Shown: one piece after another, positions 45,244-54,916 of the stretch
Numbering within the stretch: position 1 is the stretch's first letter
Layout: each line of letters opens with the position of its first letter
Source: an uncultured Chloroflexia bacterium
GTDB taxonomy: Bacteria; Chloroflexota; Limnocylindria; Limnocylindrales; CSP1-4
Reading direction: 5' to 3'
NCBI GenBank assembly: GCA_963791725.1
Contig: CAWBTQ010000008.1
Span: 360,359-424,358 of the forward strand
Length of the DNA: 64,000 bases
Program-made: the position numbers and the translations under genes
The notes under the pieces: generated by a model
The model's input: the letters and a program-made list of their open reading frames with translations, nothing else
Told to the model about the DNA's origin: nothing
The model's database searches: none

Positions 45244-45663
45244 TCAGCCGGCCACCGCTCGTTCCAGCGCCACGACCGGGATGGTGCGCTCGAGTTTGGC
45301 TTCGTATTCGCCGAAGAACGGGAAGTCAGCCTTCAGGGCCGACCAGACCCGCTCACGCTCGTCGCCATCGAGAGGCGTCGCCGTGGCGTCGTACGCCTCC
45401 TGCCCAACCTCGACCTTGACCTGCGGGTTCGCGATCAGGTTGCGATACCAGTGAGGGTGATCCTCGGCTCCCGCGTTCGCGGCCACGACGACCAGCCGGT
45501 CCCCGTCGCGCACGAACATCATCGGGGTTGTGTGGGCCTTGCCGGTCCTGGTGCCCGTGGTCGTCAACAGCAGAAGGCGATCGCGGTGCATGCCCCGGAT
45601 CTCGCCGCCGCTGCGAAACGCCTCGATCACGCTGCGGTTGATGGCCCGATAGTCCGTCGTCAT
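45244..45663 (-). CDS. deazaflavin (F420)-dependent nitroreductase family protein (Ddn/DUF385-like)
   Basis: An internal ATG gives MTTDYRAINRSVIEAF...LLLLTTTGTRTGKAHTTPMMFVRDGDRLVVVA...HPHWYRNLIANP, the Ddn-family signature. Confidence 0.8.
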   Translation of the reverse strand: MTTDYRAINRSVIEAFRSGGEIRGMHRDRLLLLTTTGTRTGKAHTTPMMFVRDGDRLVVVAANAGAEDHPHWYRNLIANPQVKVEVGQEAYDATATPLDGDERERVWSALKADFPFFGEYEAKLERTIPVVALERAVAG

Positions 45664-45914
45664 CCTGATCCTCGCTCCGCGGCTGAGCCGACCCAGCTCG
45701 ATGCGATCGCCGCTCATCGAGTCAGCACTCTAGAGCCTGCCTGAACCCGCTGCGCCACGACCGTCGGGGGCGACCGCGGGACGCACCCGTGGAAGCCGGA
45801 CGGCATCGGGCCGCCCTCCGAGACACTCGTTCGCGGCAGCGTGGGGAACCCCGTGGCGTGTGCAGCTGGTGCTAACGTCGGCCGAACCTACCGAACGCTC
45901 GGAGGAGCCAGGAG

Positions 45915-46469
45915 ATGCCACGCAGGCTGGTTGCGAGCACGTACGTTACCCTCGACGGCTACATCGATGAGCCCGGCGAATGGTCGTTCCCGTTCTGGTG
46001 CGAAGAGGCCGCCCAGTTCAAGTCGAAGGAGCTGTTCGCCAGCGACATCCTGTTGCTCGGTCGACTCACCTATGAGGGTTTCTCCTCCGCGTGGCCCACG
46101 ATGAAGGGTACGGGCGAGTTCGGCGAGAAGATGAACAGCATGCCCAAATACGTGGCCTCACGAACCCTCCAGACGGCGACCTGGAACTCCACGATCATCA
46201 AAGGTGACGTCGCGGAGGAGGTTCGAAGGCTCAAGGCGGCCGCTGGCGGGGACATCCTCATCGGCGGCAGCGGCCAGCTCATCGACTTCCTCACCGGACA
46301 GCATCTCATCGACGAATACCGGCTGATGGTCCACCCGATCGTGCTCGGCTCGGGCACCAAGAGGCTCTTCAATACCGCCCCGCGGCGCACCCTTACGCTC
46401 GTCGATAGCGTGCGCTTTCCAACCGGCACCGTCGTCAACACGTATCGGCCGCGGCCTGGATCGCCTTGA
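45915..46469 (+). CDS. dihydrofolate reductase family protein (RibD C-terminal domain fold), paralog of 43724..44284
   Basis: MPRRLVASTYVTLDGYIDEP...GRLTYEGF...GDILIGGSGQLIDFLTGQHLIDEYRLMVHPIVLGSGTKRLF, with GGAGGAGCCAGGAG upstream. The two copies share clearly recognisable similarity. Confidence 0.8.
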   Translation: MPRRLVASTYVTLDGYIDEPGEWSFPFWCEEAAQFKSKELFASDILLLGRLTYEGFSSAWPTMKGTGEFGEKMNSMPKYVASRTLQTATWNSTIIKGDVAEEVRRLKAAAGGDILIGGSGQLIDFLTGQHLIDEYRLMVHPIVLGSGTKRLFNTAPRRTLTLVDSVRFPTGTVVNTYRPRPGSP

Positions 46470-46651
46470 GGGCTCGACAGGCGCGGAGCGTGACCCGTTG
46501 GCTCGGCACAACCCCAGTCGTCGACGAGCGTGAAGACGGCGGTCCGGCGCGTTCGACCGCGCCCGTCTCGCTCGGACAGAGAAGCGCGGCTCTACACTCG
46601 CTCGTAACACACCTGACGTGGGGTATCGCAACTCGACCGCGGAGGACGCGA

Positions 46652-46978
46652 ATGAGCGAGAAGAGCCGGAGCATGGTTTCCGGACGTGTCCCGATCCAGA
46701 ACGTGAACCATCCCGGGTCCACGACCAAGGTAGCCGGCGCTCCGTACTACGCCATGCGGGACACAATGCTCAAGGTCCTGCCCTTCACCGCCCCGGGCCT
46801 CACCGAGGCAGAGATGCGCGAGGCCATGTTGCCGCTCCTGCCCGAGGCGCTGTTCCCCGGCGGCGCGAAGGTCGGTTGGTGGTCTAAGACAGTCCAACTG
46901 GATCTCGAGGCCAAGAGCATCATTTCGAGAGAGCGATCGAGGCCGATGCGCTTCCACCGCAACCTGAAGTTGGGTTAG
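46652..46978 (+). CDS. hypothetical protein (108 aa)
   Basis: An ATG with GGAGG 6 nt upstream gives MSEKSRSMVSGRVPIQNVNHPGSTTKVAGAPYYAMRDTMLKVLPF...GWWSKTVQLDLEAKSII. No family recognised. Confidence 0.5.
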   Translation: MSEKSRSMVSGRVPIQNVNHPGSTTKVAGAPYYAMRDTMLKVLPFTAPGLTEAEMREAMLPLLPEALFPGGAKVGWWSKTVQLDLEAKSIISRERSRPMRFHRNLKLG

Positions 46979-46987
46979 GTCCCCGGC

Positions 46988-48112
46988 TCAGTCTCCGAAG
47001 CAGGTCTCCACGTGTCGAGCGGCCTGAACCCAGGTGTGGTCCGGAGGCACGGGCTTGCGTCTGCCGGCCACCTGGTCGAGCGGCACCGGCTCCGTCCCGT
47101 CCCCGCGGGCAGCCACCATCACGCCGAACACACCCTCGTTGATGAGATCCGCACCGGCGCTGCCGAGGCGGGTCGCGAGCAACCTGTCGGCGGCGGAAGG
47201 AGTGCCGCCGCGTTGCACGTAACCGAGGATCGTGACTCGGGATTCGAGACCGGTGAGCGCTTCGAGCTGCCCGGCCAGCCGGATGGTGTTGCCGGCGTGG
47301 GCCGCTCCGACGGTTGCCAGCTCGGCCGCCGCCGCCGCCTTGTCCTCGGCTGTCGCGGCTGACCGCTTCCGGGCGTCCGCCGCCCGGAACGCCGCGGAGA
47401 CCTGGATGTCCATGGCGCCCTCGGCCACGGCGACGATGCTGAAGTTGGACCCGCGGGCCACGCGCCGGCCGATCGCGTCGGCGATGGATCGGACGTCGTA
47501 CGGGATCTCCGGGATCAGGATGACGTCGGCGCCGCCGGCGATGCCCGCTCCCAGGGTCAGCCAGCCCGCCTTGTTGCCCATGAGCTCGACCACGATGATG
47601 CGGTGATGGCTGTGGGCTGTGCTGTGCAGCCGGTCGATCGCCTCGGTGGCCACATCAAGAGCCGTCGCGAAACCGAACGTCGCGTCGGTGAGGACCAGAT
47701 CGTTGTCGATCGTCTTGGGCAGGGTGATGATGTTCAGGCCGGCCTGGACGAGACGGAGCGCGTTCTTCGCCGTGCCGTCGCCACCGAGACAGACGACGGC
47801 ATCGAGACGGTGCTTCTCGTAGGTCTTGATCACGGCGCCGGTCATGTCCACGACCTGGCCGTCCACGAGCATCTTGTGGGGCTTGTCGCGGCTCGTGCCC
47901 AGGATGGTCCCGCCGACGGTCAGGATTCCGGAGAGCCTCGAATCGAGCGGCACGAACCGATCCTCGGCCAGACCCCGGAACCCGTCGCGGAAGCCGATCA
48001 CCTCCATGCCGTAACGATCGATGGCGGCCTTGCCGATGCCGCGAATAGCGGCGTTGAGTCCGGGGCTGTCGCCCCCCGCCGTCAGGATGCCGATCCGCTT
48101 GGAAGGGGCCAT
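46988..48112 (-). CDS. pfkA: 6-phosphofructokinase
   Basis: [20 protein letters not shown]...GGDGT...PKTIDNDL...MGNKAGW, the PFK signatures. Confidence 0.9.
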   Translation of the reverse strand: MAPSKRIGILTAGGDSPGLNAAIRGIGKAAIDRYGMEVIGFRDGFRGLAEDRFVPLDSRLSGILTVGGTILGTSRDKPHKMLVDGQVVDMTGAVIKTYEKHRLDAVVCLGGDGTAKNALRLVQAGLNIITLPKTIDNDLVLTDATFGFATALDVATEAIDRLHSTAHSHHRIIVVELMGNKAGWLTLGAGIAGGADVILIPEIPYDVRSIADAIGRRVARGSNFSIVAVAEGAMDIQVSAAFRAADARKRSAATAEDKAAAAAELATVGAAHAGNTIRLAGQLEALTGLESRVTILGYVQRGGTPSAADRLLATRLGSAGADLINEGVFGVMVAARGDGTEPVPLDQVAGRRKPVPPDHTWVQAARHVETCFGD

Positions 48113-48223
48113 CGATCACTCCACTTGATGTGCCGAGCCATCGAGTCCCGGCATCTCGTCTGCTGTCCCGACCAGGATACGGCGCCCAGGCCGAGCGAGC
48201 GGCGGGACCGCCGCCGGGTCCGC

Positions 48224-48775
48224 CTAGATGTCGTCGGGCTGTATCTCACCCCGTAGCAGGTCGAGCAGCAAGCCGTCGTGCCAGGTGCCGTCCGCACCGC
48301 GTTCGTAGTCGCGCATGACGCCGACCCGTCGGAAGCCCACCTTCTCGTAGGCTCGGATCGCCCTCTCGTTGGCGACCGCGGGGTCGATGATCAGGCGGTG
48401 GTGGCCGCGCCCATCGAACAGGTAATGAGCCAGGGCTCGGATCGCATCCCGTCCGAGACCCCGACCCTGGTGTGGTGTATCCAGGAAGATGTCGATGCCG
48501 GCGTGCCGGTAGTCGGGCTCGTTCTCCTCGCAATACTCGATGGCGCCGACTACGGCACCGTCGACCTCGATCGCATACACGACCTCGGCACCATCGAACA
48601 GGCCGTCGACCGCGTCATCGACCGCTCGGGGCGCCCACCAGCGCGCCACCTCCGGCTCGGACAGAATCTCTTGGAGCCGCGGCCGGTCGTCCGTCGCGGC
48701 CCGACGAAGGACCGTCCGATCGCCGAAGATCCGGCACGGCGGTGGTGCGGGCAGGACCCATTCGTCAGGCATCGT
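48224..48775 (-). CDS. GNAT family N-acetyltransferase
   Basis: Internal ATG MPDEWVLP...; the acetyl-CoA motif Q/R-x-x-G-x-G/A appears as HQGRGLGRDAIRAL. AAC(6')-like topology. Confidence 0.75.
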   Translation of the reverse strand, partial: TMPDEWVLPAPPPCRIFGDRTVLRRAATDDRPRLQEILSEPEVARWWAPRAVDDAVDGLFDGAEVVYAIEVDGAVVGAIEYCEENEPDYRHAGIDIFLDTPHQGRGLGRDAIRALAHYLFDGRGHHRLIIDPAVANERAIRAYEKVGFRRVGVMRDYERGADGTWHDGLLLDLLRGEIQPDDI

Positions 48776-48852
48776 GGCGGATGGTAAGGCCGCATTGACG
48801 ATGGCCCTCCAGGGCGCCAAGCTCAGTCTCGAAATCACACGCGAGGACGGCA

Positions 48853-50293
48853 TTGGCACTCCTCTCTGATCGCTCTACCACCCTGGCCGGCGCGAAGGCC
48901 GGCTTCGAGTTGTCCCATCCGGAATTCGCGGCCACGCGCCCGCTGGATGAGTTGCGCTCGGCCGAATATGCGCGCCTTGACCGGGAGGGACAGGTCTTCC
49001 TCGACTACACCGCTGGCGGTCTGTACGCGGACTCGCAGATCCGAGCCCATAGCGAGCTGCTCCTGGGCGGCGTGTTCGGCAACCCTCATTCCACCAACCC
49101 CGCCTCGCTCGCGATGACTCACTGGGTCGAAAGCGCCAGGGCGTATGTGCTCGAGTTCTTCAATGCGTCTCCGGACGAATATGAGGTCTGCTTCACGCAG
49201 AACGCCAGCGGCGCATTGAGACTGGTCGGCGAGGCCTATCCCTTCTCTCCGGCCGGTCACTACCTCCTCACCTTCGACAACCACAACTCGGTGAATGGCA
49301 TTCGCGAGTTCGCGCGGACGAAGGGCGCGAAGGTGACCTACGCGCCGGTCATCCCGCCCGACATGCGCATCGACGACGATCGGCTGGTCGGCTACCTCGA
49401 GGAAACCGGGACCGGCTCGTGCGACCTCCTGGCCTACCCGGCGCAGTCCAACTTCTCCGGTGTCCGGCATTCGCTCGAATGGATCGAGCTGGCTCAGGCC
49501 AGGGGCTGGGACGTACTGCTGGACGCCGCCGCATTCGTGCCCACAAACAGGTTGGACCTGAGCCGCTGGCATCCGGATTTCGTACCGGTTTCCTTCTACA
49601 AAATCTTCGGCTACCCGACCGGCGTCGGCGCCCTGGTCGCCCGAAAGGTCGCCCTGAGCAAGCTCCACCGGCCGTGGTTCGCAGGCGGGACGATCACCGT
49701 CGCTTCGGTCCAGGGCGACCGCTACTACCTGCAGGAGGGCGCGGCCGCCTTCGAAGACGGCACGCTGGACTATCTGTCGCTGCCGGCCGTCGAGATCGGC
49801 CTGCGCCACATCGACCGCGTCGGCCTCGACCTGATCCACGCCCGCGTCCAGGCTCTCACCGGATGGCTCCTGGGCGCCCTGGCGGCCCTCCACCATGACA
49901 ACGGCCTGCCGGTGGTCCGCATCTACGGGCCGCTCGACGCGGTCGATCGCGGCGGCACGATCTCGCTCAATCTCTACGACGTCAACGGCCACTTCGTGGA
50001 CCACCGCCTCGTCGAAGCGAGGGCAAACGTTGCGGGGATCTCCTTGCGCACCGGGTGCTTCTGCAACCCGGGAGGCGGGGAGCTGGCGCTCGGCCTTTCG
50101 GCCGACGAGCTCACGTCGTGTTTCGTCGGGACTCGGCGACCGCCTTGCGCTCGACGAGTTCCGGCGCTGCATCGACGACAAGAGCACGGGCGCCGTCCGG
50201 GTCTCGCTGGGGATCGTGAGCACGTTCGAAGACGCCTACCGCTTCGTGGAATTCGTTCGCGAGTTCATCGGCAGGACGGCGGCGGAGGCCTAG
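48853..50293 (+). pseudogene. class V aminotransferase-fold PLP enzyme (cysteine-desulfurase / MOSC-N-terminal-like) with an apparent single-base frameshift near 50128-50135
   Basis: First 430 aa of the 1090-aa track ORF (...LDREGQVFLDYTAGGLYADSQ...SFYKIFGYPTGVGALV...RTGCFCNPGG...ADELTSCF) continue in ORF 49895..50293 as ...GLGDRLALDEFRRCIDDKSTGAVRVSLGIVSTFEDAYRFVEFVREF. The rest of the 1090-aa ORF is in-frame intergenic read-through into pncB. Confidence 0.65.
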
Positions 50294-50640
50294 GCCGGGA
50301 CCTACCCGGCGTCGAGCAACTCGCGAACCCTTTGGGCGAGACGCTCCGGAGTGGACGGCTTCGGCAGCAGTCCGATTCGGAGCCAAGGCCCAAGGGGCAT
50401 CGGCCCCGCCATTCATACGTCGCTTCGCGACCTCTCTCCAGCACGGTTATGCTGCGCTCAGAGGTCCGGGGACCCCGTAGGACTTGGAGGCGCGCGACAT
50501 GGGAGAGGGCGGCAGGCAGGAGCTCCGCCGATCCGGCAGAGATGCCCGGCCGGCTCGGGTTGCGCGACTGGACGACCCATCCGGGCGCGGAGATCCGGGT
50601 GTCCTTGGGTCCGGGCCGGAAGCATCGCTGCGAGGCTACC

Positions 50641-52125
50641 GTGTCCCGCGTATCTGAGATCTACCGGACCAGCCTGGCCACACTCACGGACCTCTACGAG
50701 TTGACGATGGGCGCCGGCTACGAAAAGGCCGGCGTGGCCGCGCGCGAGGCCGTCTTCTCACTGAGCTTTCGAACTCTGCCTTTCGGCGGCGGGTACGCGC
50801 TCATGGCGGGCCTCGATGACGCCATCGCAATACTCGAGAATCTGCGCTTCGATGCCGAGGACATCGCGTATCTCAGGAGCCTGCGCGGCGCCGGCGGGGA
50901 ACCGCTCTTCAGCTCCGCCTTCCTGGCCACTCTCACCGGGCTCGAGTTCGGCTGCGACGTAGACGCCATTCCGGAGGGGACGGTAGTCTTCGCTAACGAA
51001 CCGTTGGTGAGGGTCCGCGGACCTCTCCTCCAGGCGCAACTCGTCGAGAGCCTCCTCCTCACCGTCATCGGCTTTCAGACTCTCGTCGCGACCAAGGCCG
51101 CCCGGGTCGTCGAGGCCGCCGGCGGAGGTTCGGTTCTAGAATTCGGGCTGCGGCGGGCGCAGGGCCCCGACGGCGCTCTCTCGGCTGCGAGGGCCGCCTA
51201 CATCGGTGGCGTGGCAGCGACCTCGAACGTGCTGGCAGGCCGGTTATTCGGCATACCGGTACGGGGCACTCACGCGCATTCCTGGGTCCAGGTGTTCGAT
51301 GACGAGCAGCTCGCGTTCGACGCCTACGCCGACGCCCAACCGGACAACGTGACGCTCCTGGTGGACACGTACGACTCGCTCACAGGCGTCAGCCATGCGA
51401 TCGAAACCGGTCGGCGCCTCGAAGCCACGGGCAGGAAGCTGGCCGGGATCCGCCTCGACTCGGGCGACCTCGCCTACCTGTCTACGGAGGCGCGCCGGAT
51501 GCTCGACGAGGCCGGCTTCCTCGACACCAAGATAGTCGCCTCCAACGACCTCGACGAGTACACCATCACCTCGTTGCGCGAACAGGGAGCGCGCATCGAC
51601 ATCTGGGGCGTCGGGACCCGCCTGGACACCTGCTTCGACCAGCCCGCGTTGGGCGCGATCTACAAGCTGACGGCGGTCTGCGATCCGGACGGGGGCTGGC
51701 GCTACCCTGTCAAGCTGTCCGAACACAGCGCCAAGATCTCCATTCCAGGGGTGCTCGGCGTCCGCCGCTATGTCGATCCCACGGGTCGCTTCCGGGCCGA
51801 CATGATCTACGACGAGGACCTGCCGGCTCCACCCGACGGCGACGTCATCGTCGACCCGGCCGACGCGCTACACATGCGAGCCATCGACGCCACCTGGCAG
51901 CCCGAGGAACTCGTTCTTCCCGCCATGCGCTCGGGACGGCGCCTGGCGCCGGCTCCTCCGATCGACGAGATCCGCGCTCGAGCCCACGCCCAGGTCGGGG
52001 GCCTGCACCCCGCGATCCGACGGCTGCTCAATCCCCACATCTATCCCGTGGGCCTGGAGCGCGCGCTGCACGAACGCCGCGTCCAGCTGGTTCTGGAGCG
52101 CCGCCGGACGCAACCCACGGGCTGA
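50641..52125 (+). CDS. pncB: nicotinate phosphoribosyltransferase
   Basis: Starts at a GTG: ...SEIYRTSLATLTDLYELTMGAGY..., then the NAPRTase family body (...GTHAHSWVQ...) to the end of the track ORF. Confidence 0.85.
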   Translation: MSRVSEIYRTSLATLTDLYELTMGAGYEKAGVAAREAVFSLSFRTLPFGGGYALMAGLDDAIAILENLRFDAEDIAYLRSLRGAGGEPLFSSAFLATLTGLEFGCDVDAIPEGTVVFANEPLVRVRGPLLQAQLVESLLLTVIGFQTLVATKAARVVEAAGGGSVLEFGLRRAQGPDGALSAARAAYIGGVAATSNVLAGRLFGIPVRGTHAHSWVQVFDDEQLAFDAYADAQPDNVTLLVDTYDSLTGVSHAIETGRRLEATGRKLAGIRLDSGDLAYLSTEARRMLDEAGFLDTKIVASNDLDEYTITSLREQGARIDIWGVGTRLDTCFDQPALGAIYKLTAVCDPDGGWRYPVKLSEHSAKISIPGVLGVRRYVDPTGRFRADMIYDEDLPAPPDGDVIVDPADALHMRAIDATWQPEELVLPAMRSGRRLAPAPPIDEIRARAHAQVGGLHPAIRRLLNPHIYPVGLERALHERRVQLVLERRRTQPTG

Positions 52126-52215
52126 ATCTCGAGGCAGTCTCCAACCCGGGACTCAGGTGGCTGCGAAGTCGCCGTGCGTCCGATGCCTCGGCGCCCGCGG
52201 GTCGGCTTCGCTCCC

Positions 52216-54213
52216 CTACTCCGTCGGCTCGGCCTCGCCGGCAGTTGGGACGGCAACCAGTTCCTGGGCCGCGGTCTCGGCATCCGATTCCGAGGACGAG
52301 ACGTCGTCGCCGGCGCCGTCGATTAGCTCGGTCGGGCTCGTCGCCACGGCCGCGTCGTGGGCGTCCACGTCGTTCGGCTTGTTCTCCTCGGCTGGTGCGC
52401 CCGCCTCGGCTGGTGCGTCCGCCCCGACCGCTTCGGCCGGTGCGGCGAGGACAGCCGCCGGCTCCACCGGGACGGCCCCAAAGCCCTCCTCGTCGGGCCC
52501 GCTCGCCGTCTCCGAGGCATTCCGCTCGTCGGCCGCAGGCGCGGCGTCCGGCGTGGTCCAGCGTGGATCCAGGGCCAGATGGAGGAGGGCCGGGCGGCCG
52601 GCCTCCAGAGCCTGGATCAGCGCCGGCTCGAATTCGTCGTCGCTGCGAACGGAGATCCCGAGGGCGCCGCATGCTTCTGCGACCGCGCCGAAGTCCACCG
52701 GGCCGAGCTTTGTCGCCAGGCCTGCGTTCGTCCCTCTCTGCTCTTGGTGCCTCCAGATCGTGCCGTAGCGGCCGTTGTCGAAGACGAGAGCCACGACATG
52801 AGCTCGTTCGCGGACGGCCGTCTCCATCTCGGCCATGGTCATGGCAAAGCCACCGTCGCCGGCGAGCGCCACACCCAGGCGACCCGGACGGGCCAGCGCG
52901 GCGCCGATCGCGGCGGGCAGGCCATAGCCCATGGGCCCGGCCGAGGAACCGATGAAGGTGCCGGGCCTGTGGAAGCGATAGCCGCGCGCGGCCCACGTTC
53001 CGAAGTCTCCGGCGTCGGTTGTCAGGATCGCCTCCGGCGGCAGCACCCGAGCGAGGGTCGCAACCACCCGACCCGGGTGCACGCCGGGGCCGTCCCACGG
53101 CTCGGAATCGACCTTGGAGCCCGCCTCGTAGGCAGCCCGATCGGCGGCGTTTGCCGCGGTGCGCGAGTCGAGCGAGACAGCGTCGAACGCCGCCCGGCTC
53201 AGGACGCGCTGGGCCACTCGCAAGAAGGCCGCGACGTCGGCGGCCATCACGATCTCAGGCTTGTGCACCGCGGCCCCGCCACGCGGCTCCACGTCGACCT
53301 GGGCCCATCGCGTCGACGGCCCGGGAACTCGATAGCCGTACGTGGTCATCTCGCTCAGCCGACAACCGAGCACGAGCAGAGCATCCGCTTCCTCGAGCCG
53401 CGCCTGAACGCTGCTTGAGGCCCCCAGCCCGGTCATGCCCAGGTACAGCGGGTTGTCGTTGGGGAACGCGTCGCCGCGTCGCCACGAGGCGACCACCGGC
53501 ACGCGCATCGTCTCGGCGAAACGGACCAACGCGTCGGTGCTGCGGGCACGCAGCACTCCGGCGCCGGCCAGGATGAGCGGCCGGCGGGCGTCGGCCAGCA
53601 GATGGAGGACCTTGCGGACGAGCGTCGGGTCCGGCTCGGCCGCGTGGTCGGGATGGAAGGCGGCAACCTGGCCATCCGCCGCCGGAACGGGCATGTCCCA
53701 CACGTCGGACGGGACCGCGAGCAGCACCGGCCCAGGCCGACCCCGCATGGCGATGCCGATGGCCTTCTCGATGAGCACTCCGGCCTCCGACGGATCCTTG
53801 AGCTCGGCGGCCCATTTGACCATCGGTTCGAAGGTTCGAACCAGGTCCATCTCCTGGAATGCCTCGCGGCCCTGCACGTCGCGGCGGACCTGTCCGACGA
53901 TTGCTATGACTGGCGCAGAATCGGCGCGGGCGGCGTGAAGGCCTATGGCGAGGTTCGAGGCGCCGGGTGCGCGGGTAGCGACGCACACCGCGGGCCGGCC
54001 CGTGAGCTGGGCCACCGCCTCGGCCATAAAGGCGGCCGACCCGTCGTGGCGCGTCGCGACGACGCGAATGTGGTTGGCAGCCAGCCCCTCCAGCAATCCC
54101 AGTACGCTCTCGCCCGGAACGGTGAAGGCAATCTTCACGCCGGCATGAGCCAGGCCTGCCGCCAGGGCCCCGCCGACCGTGATGGTGGCTGCCCCGGTCT
54201 CATCGATGGACAT
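52216..54213 (-). CDS. thiamine-diphosphate-dependent enzyme, acetolactate-synthase-large-subunit-like, with a 110-aa acidic Ala/Pro-rich C-terminal tail
   Basis: N-terminal Pyr domain, central domain, and C-terminal PP domain GDGGFAMTMAEMETAV...N. The tail ...AAPAADERNASETASGPDEEGFGAVPVEPAAVLAAPAEAVGADAPAEAGAPAEENKPNDVDAHD... is atypical. Confidence 0.8.
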   Translation of the reverse strand: MSIDETGAATITVGGALAAGLAHAGVKIAFTVPGESVLGLLEGLAANHIRVVATRHDGSAAFMAEAVAQLTGRPAVCVATRAPGASNLAIGLHAARADSAPVIAIVGQVRRDVQGREAFQEMDLVRTFEPMVKWAAELKDPSEAGVLIEKAIGIAMRGRPGPVLLAVPSDVWDMPVPAADGQVAAFHPDHAAEPDPTLVRKVLHLLADARRPLILAGAGVLRARSTDALVRFAETMRVPVVASWRRGDAFPNDNPLYLGMTGLGASSSVQARLEEADALLVLGCRLSEMTTYGYRVPGPSTRWAQVDVEPRGGAAVHKPEIVMAADVAAFLRVAQRVLSRAAFDAVSLDSRTAANAADRAAYEAGSKVDSEPWDGPGVHPGRVVATLARVLPPEAILTTDAGDFGTWAARGYRFHRPGTFIGSSAGPMGYGLPAAIGAALARPGRLGVALAGDGGFAMTMAEMETAVRERAHVVALVFDNGRYGTIWRHQEQRGTNAGLATKLGPVDFGAVAEACGALGISVRSDDEFEPALIQALEAGRPALLHLALDPRWTTPDAAPAADERNASETASGPDEEGFGAVPVEPAAVLAAPAEAVGADAPAEAGAPAEENKPNDVDAHDAAVATSPTELIDGAGDDVSSSESDAETAAQELVAVPTAGEAEPTE

Positions 54214-54257
54214 AGCCGTACTCCTTCGGATTGCCGCGCCGGATCACCGGGCGGCTC

Positions 54258-54749
54258 TCACCGATAGTTCGTGAACTGCAACGGCAACGGTTCATCCAAT
54301 TCCTTGAGCCTGGAGATCACGCGCTGCAGATCGTCCTTGCTCTTGGCGAAGACGCGCAGCGCGTCTCCCTGGATCTGCGGCTTCACTTTCGGAAACTCGT
54401 CGCGCACCAGCTTGCTCAGCTTCTTCGCCAGGTCCTCGTCCAGGCCGCGCCGCAGCACTATCTGCTGGCGGACTTTGTTTCCGCCCGCCGGCTCGATCTT
54501 GCCCCAGTCGAAGATCTTCAACGACAGCCCGCGCCTGACGGCCTTCGACTCGATGATCTCCCGGATCGACTTCGCCCGGAATTCGTCGTCGGTGACGAGA
54601 ACAAGCTCGGTCTTCGCCTGTGACAGATCGAAAGTCGCACCCTTGAAGTCGTACCGCTGCTGGACTTCACGCCGGACCTGGTCGAGCGCGTTGCGCATCT
54701 CCTGATCGTCGAAGTCGCTGACCACGTCGAATGAGGATTCGCCTGCCAT
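54258..54749 (-). CDS. yajQ: YajQ family cyclic-di-GMP-binding protein (UPF0234)
   Basis: MAGESSFDVVSDFDDQEMRNALDQVRREVQQRYDFKG..., full-length YajQ-like at 163 aa. Confidence 0.85.
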   Translation of the reverse strand: MAGESSFDVVSDFDDQEMRNALDQVRREVQQRYDFKGATFDLSQAKTELVLVTDDEFRAKSIREIIESKAVRRGLSLKIFDWGKIEPAGGNKVRQQIVLRRGLDEDLAKKLSKLVRDEFPKVKPQIQGDALRVFAKSKDDLQRVISRLKELDEPLPLQFTNYR

Positions 54750-54916
54750 CTACCCTCCTTTACGTCGCATGGAAACCAGCCCCGGATCCGTATCCACCAC
54801 CGCCGTGCCGTGTCGCAGGCGAGATGAGCAGGCTTGCTCCGAGTGGCGTTGATTGTGCCGCACCGCGAGGCCCTTGGGGCAGGCAAGATCGGAACTCAGG
54901 GCCACGCCTGGCGACC

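Noticed and set aside
48853-52125. 1090-aa track ORF looks like an aminotransferase-NAPRTase fusion
   Set aside because: The aminotransferase C-terminus continues in another frame (49895..50293) and ends with its own stop. 50294-50640 is in-frame spacer with no protein-like composition. pncB starts at GTG 50641.
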